Positions 9,026 through 17,571 of a DNA stretch of 45,421 nt are shown here, one piece after another. The translations under genes and the position numbers were made by a program. The stretch's first letter is position 1. Every line of letters starts with the position of its first letter. This stretch comes from Acidimicrobiia bacterium (GTDB lineage: Bacteria; Actinomycetota; Acidimicrobiia; Acidimicrobiales; Ilumatobacteraceae): positions 1-45,421 of the forward strand of contig JBFWVD010000044.1 of NCBI GenBank assembly GCA_050246915.1. The letters run 5' to 3'. The notes under the pieces were generated by a model. The model was not told the DNA's origin. It saw only the letters and a list, made by a program, of their open reading frames with translations, and made no database searches.

Positions 9026-11047
9026 GTGTCGCCAGTTCTCATCCTCATCATCGCAATCGTCGTTGTCGCGCTCTTCGTGCTGCTGCGATCGCTGTACTCG
9101 ATCGGACCGACCCAGGTCGGCCTCGTCAACAAACGCCTCGCCCGCAAGAAGCTCCGCGAGGGTGATCCCATCGCTTTCAACGGCGAGGCCGGCTATCAGG
9201 CCGAGCTACTCATGCCGGGTCTTCGATTCAAGTTGTGGCCGGTGTACGGCGTGGCCCGCCATCCGTGGGTGCAGGTGCCCGCTGGCGAGATCGGCGTGGT
9301 CATCGCCCAGGTCGGTGCCAACCTCCCCATCGGCGCCAAGAGCGCGGTCTACAAACCCGAGTTCGGCAACTTCTCCGACGTCGGGACGTTCCTCAGCGGT
9401 GGTGGGCAAAAGGGTGTGCAACGTCCGGTGCTGACACCGGGCACCTTGCTCCCCATCCATCCCGTGGCCTTCCTGGTCCTCACCGCCTACCAGGTGTACG
9501 GCCTCCCGGTCTCACCCGATCTGCGCGGAACCTCCAGTAAAGGTGGGTTGACACCCGAGGCCTTCGGCCTGACGCCGCAGCAGCTGAAGGTGGTGGTGAT
9601 CGCCCCCGAGGGCAACGCCGACCGCATCGGCGTCGTGACCGCGCTGGAAGGCGAGCCATTGCCATCGGGCGACATCGCGGCACGACTCGGTGGGTACGCC
9701 GACGTGTTGGCCATGGAGCAGGCCAACGCCCTCGACGCCGAGATCATCGAAGTGCTGCTCGGCAACAAGAACGGTCTGCACAACAACTATCAGGACTTCC
9801 AGAAGTTCGTTGACTCCGGCGGCCGCATCGGTCTGCAGCACGATCCGCTGCTCTACGGCGCCTATCTGCTCAACCCGTTCCTCGTGTCGGTGGAGCTCGT
9901 ACCGATGCTGGTGGTCAAGCAAGGTGAGGTGGCCGTGGTGAAGGCCTTCGTCGGCCTTCCCACCCTCGACACCTCGGGTGCGGAGTTCAAGTTCGGGTCC
10001 ATCGTCCGTCCCGGCCATCGCGGTATCTGGGAAGAGCCGCTGCGCACCGGCAAGTACCCGATCAACCCCCGTTGCTACGCGGCTGAGATCGTGCCGACGT
10101 CGATCCTCACCCTCAACTGGTCCAACGAGGTGAGCCGCGCGCACTCGCTCGACGCCAACCTCGGACCCATCGAGGGCAAGAGCCGTGAGGGTTTCGTGTT
10201 CACCATCGAACTGCAGGTGCAGATCCACGTTCCCGACACCAAGGCCCCGAAGGTCATCTCGATGGTCGGCACCATGCTCAACCTGGTGAACGAAGTGCTG
10301 CAATCCGCGGTGGGCAACCACTTCCGCAACACCTTGCAGGACCTCGAGGCAGTTCGCTTCATCGAGACCCGTATGGAAGTGCAACGAGCGGCGCTGTCGG
10401 CGGTCACCGAGTACCTCGGCGCATACGAGGTGGAGACCAAGGGCGTCTACATCCAGAATGTGAACTTCCCGGCCGAGCTGGTGGAGGTCCTCACCGAGCG
10501 AGAGATCGCCAAGCAGGAGCGAGCCACCTTCGAAGAGCAGCAGCGGGCCCAGACCGCTCGAATCGAGACCGAGAAGGCACGCGGTACCGCCGACATGCAA
10601 GGCCAATTGGCATCGTCGGAAGTGTCGATCTCCATCAACTCCAACCGAGCCGATGCCCGCGAAGCCGAAGCCCGAGGCGAGGCCGCGTTCGTTCGTACCA
10701 CCGGCGAGGCCGAAGCCGCCAGGATCCAGGCCATCGGTCTGGCCGAGGCCAAGGCCACCGAAGCGTTGGGACTGGCCAAGGCCGAGGGCTTCGAAGCTCA
10801 GCAACGGGCCCTGGGTGCGGCAGCCACCGCCATCGTGGCCGTGGCCAACGCCGTGGCAGACGGCAACATCAAGGTGGTGCCCGACGTGCTCGTGGCCGGG
10901 TCGAACGGCGGCAGCGGGTCGATCGAAGGGCTGGCCGCTGCACTCATCAAGATGGTGCAGGGCAAGAACGCCGCCGAGGACCGAGCCGCTGCCGTCGAGG
11001 CCGCTGAGCTGCCGCCGCCGGAGAGCGCCGAATCCGCACCCCAGTGA
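9026..11047 (+). CDS. Flotillin-like SPFH/band-7 family protein
   Basis: GTG start with AAGGAG RBS 7 nt upstream. N-terminal TM helix, SPFH domain, long Glu/Ala/Arg-rich coiled-coil tail. 673 aa. Confidence 0.8.
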   Translation: MSPVLILIIAIVVVALFVLLRSLYSIGPTQVGLVNKRLARKKLREGDPIAFNGEAGYQAELLMPGLRFKLWPVYGVARHPWVQVPAGEIGVVIAQVGANLPIGAKSAVYKPEFGNFSDVGTFLSGGGQKGVQRPVLTPGTLLPIHPVAFLVLTAYQVYGLPVSPDLRGTSSKGGLTPEAFGLTPQQLKVVVIAPEGNADRIGVVTALEGEPLPSGDIAARLGGYADVLAMEQANALDAEIIEVLLGNKNGLHNNYQDFQKFVDSGGRIGLQHDPLLYGAYLLNPFLVSVELVPMLVVKQGEVAVVKAFVGLPTLDTSGAEFKFGSIVRPGHRGIWEEPLRTGKYPINPRCYAAEIVPTSILTLNWSNEVSRAHSLDANLGPIEGKSREGFVFTIELQVQIHVPDTKAPKVISMVGTMLNLVNEVLQSAVGNHFRNTLQDLEAVRFIETRMEVQRAALSAVTEYLGAYEVETKGVYIQNVNFPAELVEVLTEREIAKQERATFEEQQRAQTARIETEKARGTADMQGQLASSEVSISINSNRADAREAEARGEAAFVRTTGEAEAARIQAIGLAEAKATEALGLAKAEGFEAQQRALGAAATAIVAVANAVADGNIKVVPDVLVAGSNGGSGSIEGLAAALIKMVQGKNAAEDRAAAVEAAELPPPESAESAPQ

Positions 11048-11109
11048 TCAGGCCCCAGTGATCAGGCCCCAGTGATCAGGCCCCAGTGATCGGCACCCCA
11101 GTGATCGCC
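11039..11109. repeat. Tandem 14-bp repeat CCCCAGTGATCAGG, about 4.5 copies
   Basis: Read directly. Copy 1 contains the flotillin stop codon (TGA 11045-11047). Each unit carries TGA and the palindrome TGATCA. Confidence 0.9.
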
Positions 11110-11136
11110 ACACGGTGAGCACCCACTGATGTCGAG

Positions 11137-11174
11137 CCGTCCACTCCGCCTTGTAGGCCCGACGGAGTGGACGG
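11137..11174. terminator. Perfect 12-bp inverted repeat (CCGTCCACTCCG-N14-CGGAGTGGACGG): hairpin terminator candidate or operator
   Basis: Read directly between the flotillin stop and the aldo/keto reductase start. No U-tract, so it would be an I-shaped terminator (actinobacterial style) or a protein-binding palindrome. Confidence 0.4.
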
Positions 11175-11225
11175 ATATGGTCGCACCCGTCGCGCGCATC
11201 GCTGATCACGGTTGAGGAGACGGTT

Positions 11226-12215
11226 GTGGAGTACGTACGGCTCGGGAGCACAGGGCTGCGGGTATCGCGCCTCTGCCTGGGCACCATGACCTTCGGTCTC
11301 CAGTGCGACGAGCAGCAGTCCCACGCCATCCTCGACACTGCATACGACGCCGGCATCACGTTCCTCGACACGGCCGACGTCTACCCGGTGGGCGGGACCG
11401 TCGACACGGTCGGACGCACCGAGGAGATCATCGGACGCTGGATGGCCGGACGGCGCGACGACGTCATCGTGGCCACGAAGGCGTTTGCGTCGATGAGCCG
11501 ACGTCAATGGGATCGCGGCACGTCGCGCAAGCATCTCCTCGATGGCATCGACGCATCGCTCCGTCGCCTCGGCACCGACTACGTCGACCTCTACCAGTTG
11601 CACGGCGACGATCGGTCCACACCGCTCGACGAGACGCTGGCCGCGCTCGACACCATCGTGCAATCGGGCCGGGCCCGCTACGTCGGCTGCTCGAACTTCC
11701 TCGCCTATCGATTGGCCACCGCCCTCGGCCGAAGCGATGTGCGCAACATCGTGCGCATGGTCTCGGTGCAGCCCCGCTACTGCCTGTTGTGGCGCGGTAT
11801 CGAACGAGAGTTGCTCCCGCTGTGCGAGCAGGAAGGCCTGGCTGTCATCCCGTACAACCCGCTCGCCGGTGGTTTGCTGAGCGGGAAGCACCAGCGATCG
11901 ACCGCACCAGCGGACGGGACGCGCTTCACGCTGGGACACGCCGGAAAGATGTACACCGAGCGCTATTGGCATGACCGTGAGTTCGACACCGTCGACGCCC
12001 TCCGTCCGTTCGCCGACGAGCTCGGCATCTCGCTGGCGACGCTCGCCGTGTCCTGGGTGCTGGCCAACCCCACGGTCACCGCTCCGATCATCGGTGCCAG
12101 CAAGCCCGAGCAACTCGCCGATTCGATCGCGGCGGCGTCGACGCCGCTGTCGGTCGACGTCAAGACTGCTCTCGACCACCTCACCACTGACTTCCTCGCT
12201 ACAGATGGGTTCTGA
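11226..12215 (+). CDS. Aldo/keto reductase
   Basis: GTG start with GAGGAGA RBS. LGTMTFG, DTADVY and IVATK motifs of the AKR superfamily. 329 aa. Confidence 0.85.
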   Translation: MEYVRLGSTGLRVSRLCLGTMTFGLQCDEQQSHAILDTAYDAGITFLDTADVYPVGGTVDTVGRTEEIIGRWMAGRRDDVIVATKAFASMSRRQWDRGTSRKHLLDGIDASLRRLGTDYVDLYQLHGDDRSTPLDETLAALDTIVQSGRARYVGCSNFLAYRLATALGRSDVRNIVRMVSVQPRYCLLWRGIERELLPLCEQEGLAVIPYNPLAGGLLSGKHQRSTAPADGTRFTLGHAGKMYTERYWHDREFDTVDALRPFADELGISLATLAVSWVLANPTVTAPIIGASKPEQLADSIAAASTPLSVDVKTALDHLTTDFLATDGF

Positions 12216-12218
12216 TCA

Positions 12219-13373
12219 ATGACCGCATCGAACGAACTGTCCTTCTACCCGACGGACCTCACTGCCGACGAGCTCGCGCTCCAGGCACAGGTGCGCGCCT
12301 TCCTCGAGCGTGAGCTGCCACCGGGCTCCTTCGAGCCCGGGCTCGGCATGGGTGCCCACGGGGACAAGGAGTTCTCGCTCAAGCTGGGCGCCAACGGCTA
12401 TCTGGGCATGGCCATCCCCAAGCGTTACGGGGGCGGCGAGCGCAAGGCCGTCGATCGCTTCGTGGTCGTCGAGGAATTGCTCCGCTGGGGTGCGCCGATC
12501 GGCCGCACCTGGGTGGCCGATCGCCAGACCGGCCCCGTGCTGGTGAAGTTCGGCACCGAGGAGCAGCGTGAACGCTTCCTGCCCGGCATCTGCCGTGGCG
12601 AGATCGCCTTCTCGATCGGGATGAGCGAGCCCGACTCCGGCTCCGACCTGGCCTCGGTGTCGACGCGAGCCACGAAGACCGACGGCGGTTGGTTGCTGAA
12701 CGGTACGAAGATCTGGACGACCAACGCCCACATCAACGACTGGTTCATCGTGCTGTGTCGAACCGACCCGGACTCGAAGCGCCACGACGGTCTGAGCCAG
12801 CTCATCGTGGACCTCCACCAAGAGGGCGTGGAGGTGAAGCCCATCCCCTACCTCGACGGCACCGCCGAGTTCAACGAGGTGGTGATGACCGACGTGTTCG
12901 TGCCCGACGAGCTGGTGCTCGGACAGGTCGGCATGGGCTGGGCACAGAACACGTCAGAGCTGGCCTATGAGCGCGGCGGTCCCGATCGTTGGTTGTCGCC
13001 GTTCGTGCTGGTGCAAGCCTTCTTGCGCGAGATGCCCGACCTGGCAGCCACCGATGCCGGACAGCAGCTCATCGGCTGGGCCACCGCGAAGTGGTTCGGC
13101 CTGCGTCGCCTCTCGCTCTCGGTCGCCCGCAAGATCGATGCCGGCGGTGCACCATCGGCCGAGTCGTCCTTGGTCAAGGAGATGGGCAGCCGCTTCGAGC
13201 AGGACGTCATCTACCAACTCGGTCGTCTCGTCGACCTCGAACCGTCGCCCGAATCGTCGTCGTTGTTCGAGCGCTTGCTGGTGAAAGCGACGCTCACCAA
13301 CGGTGGGTTCACCATCCGCGGCGGCACCATCGAGATCCTCCGTTCCGTTGCCTCGAAGGGACTTCGTTCATGA
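12219..13373 (+). CDS. Acyl-CoA dehydrogenase family protein (subunit A of a probable heteromeric pair)
   Basis: 384 aa with ACAD N-terminal, middle and C-terminal domain architecture. Starts 3 nt after the AKR stop. Confidence 0.85.
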   Translation: MTASNELSFYPTDLTADELALQAQVRAFLERELPPGSFEPGLGMGAHGDKEFSLKLGANGYLGMAIPKRYGGGERKAVDRFVVVEELLRWGAPIGRTWVADRQTGPVLVKFGTEEQRERFLPGICRGEIAFSIGMSEPDSGSDLASVSTRATKTDGGWLLNGTKIWTTNAHINDWFIVLCRTDPDSKRHDGLSQLIVDLHQEGVEVKPIPYLDGTAEFNEVVMTDVFVPDELVLGQVGMGWAQNTSELAYERGGPDRWLSPFVLVQAFLREMPDLAATDAGQQLIGWATAKWFGLRRLSLSVARKIDAGGAPSAESSLVKEMGSRFEQDVIYQLGRLVDLEPSPESSSLFERLLVKATLTNGGFTIRGGTIEILRSVASKGLRS

Positions 13374-14443
13374 GCCACTTCCCCGACGTCGATCCCCTCT
13401 TGATCGAGACCGCCGACAAGGCGTTCGCCAGTTCCTGCACCCACAGCGCGCTCCAAGATGCCGAGCGCGACGGCTGGGCGCCGGCGGTGTGGGGCGCCAC
13501 CGCTGACATCGGCCTGCAACTCATCTCCGTACCGGAGGAGAACGGAGGCGTGGGCGGAACGCTCGTCGACGCGTTGGCCGTGCTCTTCACCGCCGGTCGT
13601 CACGCCGCGCCGATCCCATTGGCAGAGAACGGTGTCATCGCCGGATGGCTGGCCGCATCGGCCGGCCTCACCCTGCCCGACGGCGTCGTCACGGCGGTGA
13701 CCGCCACCAACTTCAACACGTTGCGCGTCGATGGCGGCAAGGTCTCAGGTTCGGCCAAGTACGTGCCGTGGGCCCGCAAGGCCGACACGATCGTCGCGTT
13801 GGCCGACAGTGACGGCGGGCCGCAGGTCGTGATGTTGAACGCCGCCGATCTCACCGTCGATCAGGCCACCAACATCGCCGGCGAGCCACGTGATGCCATC
13901 ACGGCCAGCGCCGTCACGCCTGTTGCCACGGCCGCGGCCAACGGCGCCGACGCCGCGTCGTTGCGGCTCCGTGCCGGCCTCGCTCGTGCCGCGCAGATGG
14001 CCGGTGCACTCGAGCGGATGAGCGAGATCACCGTCGGCTACACCAACGAGCGCCATCAGTTCGGCAAGCCGATCAGCTCGTTCCAAGCCATCCAGCAGCA
14101 CTTGGTGCACACGGCGCAGGATGCCGCCATCGTCACCATCGCCGTTGCCACTGCAGCGCGCGTTGCTCTCCATGGCGATGCACGGTTCGAGATCGCCAGC
14201 GCGGTGACCCTCGCCGATGATGCGGCCGTGACTGCGTCGCGCGCTGCGCATCAGGCCCACGGTGCGATGGGCCTGACCCAGGAGTACACCCTCCACCACT
14301 TCAGCCGCCGGCTGTGGGCATGGCGCCACGAGTTCGGCGGTCCACGAGCGTGGACCACCGACGTCGCCGGTTACGCGCTGCAGGCCGGACCCGATGGGCT
14401 CTACCCGCTCATCACCGGTGGCACCGCCATGCTGGTGGGCTGA
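13370..14443 (+). CDS. Acyl-CoA dehydrogenase family protein (subunit B of a probable heteromeric pair)
   Basis: Start at MSHFPDV (ATG 13370) with ATGA overlap on the upstream ACAD stop. The 127-codon N-terminal extension in the ORF track is antisense to nothing and overlaps the ACAD-A gene, so it was rejected. ACAD-like C-terminal helices. Confidence 0.8.
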   Translation: MSHFPDVDPLLIETADKAFASSCTHSALQDAERDGWAPAVWGATADIGLQLISVPEENGGVGGTLVDALAVLFTAGRHAAPIPLAENGVIAGWLAASAGLTLPDGVVTAVTATNFNTLRVDGGKVSGSAKYVPWARKADTIVALADSDGGPQVVMLNAADLTVDQATNIAGEPRDAITASAVTPVATAAANGADAASLRLRAGLARAAQMAGALERMSEITVGYTNERHQFGKPISSFQAIQQHLVHTAQDAAIVTIAVATAARVALHGDARFEIASAVTLADDAAVTASRAAHQAHGAMGLTQEYTLHHFSRRLWAWRHEFGGPRAWTTDVAGYALQAGPDGLYPLITGGTAMLVG

Positions 14444-14518
14444 CCCTCAACTCGACCCCGGCTCGTCCGTCGGCCGGGCCCTGACGTGCACGCTCAGCCG
14501 ATACCGGGTTCGTGTGGC

Positions 14519-14731
14519 TCAGCGCAGAAGCATCTGCATGAGACCCAAACCGGTCCCAAGAAGACCGCAGAGGAGCCAGAGCCGCGTCCCGATCCGCCTG
14601 AACCAGTCGAAGTACGCCGGATCAGCGATGCTCCGGATCGGGTGGAACCATCCACGAGGCCCCTCGATCAGAAGAATCGCGAGCAGGCCCATCCCAGTGA
14701 AGATCAGTCCGAAGACCAGAACGTCTGGCAT
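14519..14731 (-). CDS. Small two-TM membrane protein (hypothetical)
   Basis: Start at MPDVLVF, preceded by AAAGGGGGA RBS. Two hydrophobic helices; about 70 aa. Confidence 0.4.
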   Translation of the reverse strand: MPDVLVFGLIFTGMGLLAILLIEGPRGWFHPIRSIADPAYFDWFRRIGTRLWLLCGLLGTGLGLMQMLLR

Positions 14732-14791
14732 CGCGATGTCCCCCTTCACGGATCAGAGTGCGGACCGCTTCTCGGCAAGCGTCGCGGCGAG

Positions 14792-16717
14792 TCAGGCGCT
14801 GGGGTCGACGAACACCGCGGTCACGTCGGTGACGACATCGACCGCGGTGAACGCTCGCACACACGTGCCATTCGCGTCGGCTGCGCCCAGTGCCATGACC
14901 GGTCGGATGGTGCGCGCCGCGTAGTTGACGTTCGACGTGCCCGACGTCGTGCCGCACGGTTGCACGGTCACATAGCCATCAGCGGTGGGGTTCACGGCAG
15001 TGACGTTGAGGACCTCGACGCCGGTCACGGCCGGGAGCGAGAGTCCGTTGAGCGCACCATTGGGTCCGGCGCCGCCGGGGCTGCGGGTGTCGCTGAGGCG
15101 ATATGGGGTCACCGCCAACAGGCCGAGGCGGCCCGACGGTGAGAACGTCCCGAACACATCGATGACCAGATCCATCGGCGAGGACGTGGTCACGCACACC
15201 TTGCCGCCCACCACTGGGGCGAGCACGGCGTTGGACACCACTCGACCGCCGACTCGCGCCGGATCCACGTTGAGCACCGACGTCTCGGCGTTCACACCGC
15301 ACGGTTGCACCGACACGAACCCCGCCCCAGCGGGATCGACACCGGCAATGCCGAGCCACACCGCGCTCACGTTGGCCGGCATGTTCGGAACCGAGCTGAG
15401 ATCGAGCTCGGTCGCCTGACCGGCGGTGCGACGGCCCTTCACACTCAACTGAGCGATGCCGCCCGTACGAGTATCGACCAGTCGGGATGGACCGCTCGGC
15501 GTGAAGCGCGCGCCGGCCGGTGTGAACCATCCGACGACGTCGATCAGCACGTCGGTGTCAATTGTTGTTGCTACACACAGATCCTGATCGGCACCGAGTC
15601 GAACGATGGCGGCATTGGCCACGTTCTGACCACGCACCACGTTGAGGCTCGAGGTACCGGGCACGCCTCCGTCGCAGGGATGTGCCGTGAGATACCCCGG
15701 GCCGCACGGACCCACCGAGGTGAGGTTGATCGCGGCGGCCGTGGCCGAGGCCGGGGCGATGCCAGTGAGGTCCACGCGCAGGCGACGCCCTGCGCCGAGC
15801 GGCTCCGTCCGAGACGGGTCCTCAATGTCGTCGGCTCGGGTGTCGGCCACGCGATCGGGCGTGATCGACACGAATCCACTCAATGGCGTCGTCACCGTCA
15901 ACGGTGCTGTGGTGGGAAGCGCCTCACCCGAGCGACCAGCGATGGCACAACGGCCGAGGACGACATCGCCCACAACACGATCGAGCCACTCGACCAGAGC
16001 CATCGTGCCGACGGGCGTGATGTGGATCCCGTCCCACCAGAACCAACAGCCGGTGTTCGTCTCCATACCTCGAGATCCGGGTGCGCCCACCGAGGTGCGC
16101 GGCTGATTGCACTGCGTCGCCGTGTACCCGTCCCAGTCTTCGACGATGAGGTTGGAGTACTGCGCCGCCTTCTCCGCCAAGTGGGTGTTGTGCTTCTCGA
16201 ACAGCCCACGCGCCGATCCGTAACCGGGCACGTTGTAGCTCGTGGTGGTGCGGTAGTTGATCCAGATCACGTACGGGATGCCTTGGCTGTTGGCCTCGGC
16301 CATCACTGCATCGATGCCGGCTCGGATGTCGTTGTCGTCGTACCCGGCCATGATCACCACGGCGTCACCGAGTTGGCCCCGCCGGGCACGCATCTCATCG
16401 ATGACGGTGGCTGGTTTGTAGCGAGCGCCGGTGATGCGGTCGAGGCCGGTGCAACTCACACCGATGATGCGCCGGCAACTCTCGGCGATCATCTCTGCAT
16501 CGAATCGCTGATCGAGCACATCCACCGAGTGGGTGACACCCATACCGTCGTACCAACTCGTCGCGGCCATGGTGGAGTCGCCGAGGAACGTCACGCGCGG
16601 CTTGGTGGCTGCTGATGCCGAGTCCGCTGTCGCTGTCATGTGCATGCCGACGCCGAACAACGCCATGACTGCGACAAGAGCTACCCCGCGGACGGTTCCC
16701 AACACTCGGTGGTCCAT
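14792..16717 (-). CDS. Secreted SGNH/GDSL-type hydrolase with three C-terminal ~125-aa repeat domains (RxxDTR...VNVT...GYVTVQPCG...SNLN type)
   Basis: Start chosen at MDHRV (ATG 16717-16715) before a signal peptide. GDS(T) block VTFLGDST and the DGIH catalytic block (WWDGIHIT) of SGNH hydrolases. Three tandem divergent copies of the same beta-rich module that is found in the deacetylase at 23085-24875. Confidence 0.7.
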   Translation of the reverse strand: MDHRVLGTVRGVALVAVMALFGVGMHMTATADSASAATKPRVTFLGDSTMAATSWYDGMGVTHSVDVLDQRFDAEMIAESCRRIIGVSCTGLDRITGARYKPATVIDEMRARRGQLGDAVVIMAGYDDNDIRAGIDAVMAEANSQGIPYVIWINYRTTTSYNVPGYGSARGLFEKHNTHLAEKAAQYSNLIVEDWDGYTATQCNQPRTSVGAPGSRGMETNTGCWFWWDGIHITPVGTMALVEWLDRVVGDVVLGRCAIAGRSGEALPTTAPLTVTTPLSGFVSITPDRVADTRADDIEDPSRTEPLGAGRRLRVDLTGIAPASATAAAINLTSVGPCGPGYLTAHPCDGGVPGTSSLNVVRGQNVANAAIVRLGADQDLCVATTIDTDVLIDVVGWFTPAGARFTPSGPSRLVDTRTGGIAQLSVKGRRTAGQATELDLSSVPNMPANVSAVWLGIAGVDPAGAGFVSVQPCGVNAETSVLNVDPARVGGRVVSNAVLAPVVGGKVCVTTSSPMDLVIDVFGTFSPSGRLGLLAVTPYRLSDTRSPGGAGPNGALNGLSLPAVTGVEVLNVTAVNPTADGYVTVQPCGTTSGTSNVNYAARTIRPVMALGAADANGTCVRAFTAVDVVTDVTAVFVDPSA

Positions 16718-16857
16718 CCGTCGATCGTAGGAGTCGTTGATTCCCGCGGGGCGGATTCCTGCCGAACGGCTCATGCCATGTGAAATCCCCGTTGCGCGGT
16801 CCCACAAACATCTCCCTGGCCGGTACGGTCGATGCACGAACTGAGAGGTGGTCCCCC

Positions 16858-17508
16858 ATGGGCCTTACTCCGACACCCCCGCACGAACGACCACGGCTGC
16901 GTGGCGCAATGCATGCACTGGTGTTCTTCGCCGCCATCCCGGCGGCGATCTTCCTCATCCTCCATGCTCACCGAGCAACCGCGATTGCGGCCGCCTCGGT
17001 GTATGCCGCCAGCGTGTTGGCCCTGTTCGGGACCTCGGCCGGGTACCACCGTCTGACGCGATCGCCGAAGGCCACGGCCATCATGCAACGCCTCGATCAT
17101 TCGATGATCTACGTGCTCATCGCCGGTACCTACACCCCCATCTGCCTGTTGGCCCTGCCCCGGGCGTGGGGAATACCGATCCTGGCGATCGTCGGTGTCG
17201 GTGCGCTCATCGGTGTGGCCACGACCGTGTTCGCCTTCAATCGCTGGCGCATCTTGCACTACGCGCTCTACCCGATCATGGGGTGGATCGCCGTGGCAGC
17301 TGGGCCGCAGTTGGCCGACAGTCTCACCGGTACGCAACTGGCATTGATCGTTGCTGGTGGCGTTCTGTACACCGCGGGGTTCCCGGTACTCCTCACCGAG
17401 AAGCCCAATCCGTGGCCGAAGACGTTCGGTTATCACGAGGTGTGGCATTCGTTCACCGTCGCCGCTGGTGCTTGTCACTTCGCTGCGGTGGCATTGATCG
17501 TCAGCTGA
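16858..17508 (+). CDS. Hemolysin-III / PAQR family membrane protein
   Basis: Start at MGLTPT with GAGGTGG RBS. Seven TM helices; His-rich conserved positions (HxxxH near the C-terminus HEVWH). About 216 aa. Confidence 0.8.
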   Translation: MGLTPTPPHERPRLRGAMHALVFFAAIPAAIFLILHAHRATAIAAASVYAASVLALFGTSAGYHRLTRSPKATAIMQRLDHSMIYVLIAGTYTPICLLALPRAWGIPILAIVGVGALIGVATTVFAFNRWRILHYALYPIMGWIAVAAGPQLADSLTGTQLALIVAGGVLYTAGFPVLLTEKPNPWPKTFGYHEVWHSFTVAAGACHFAAVALIVS

Positions 17509-17571
17509 TCGCCCGCACCGACGTTCCTCAGCGAAGCGACTGCACTGGAGCGACTGCACTGACGCGGCGGC

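Noticed and set aside
9512-10804. 430-aa minus-strand ORF
   Set aside because: It is antisense to the flotillin gene. Composition is low-complexity G/L/D-rich with no motifs.
11039-11109. CRISPR array candidates (this repeat, 22995-23050, 38080-38170)
   Set aside because: The units are directly abutting or degenerate, with no unique spacers of regular length, and there are no cas genes.
12989-13369. N-terminal 127-codon extension of the second ACAD ORF
   Set aside because: It overlaps the first ACAD gene out of frame. A canonical ATG at 13370 forms an ATGA coupling site, and the real ACAD homology begins there.
15305-16615. 436-aa + strand ORF
   Set aside because: It is antisense to the SGNH hydrolase gene, which has clear GDSL and DGIH blocks and a signal peptide.
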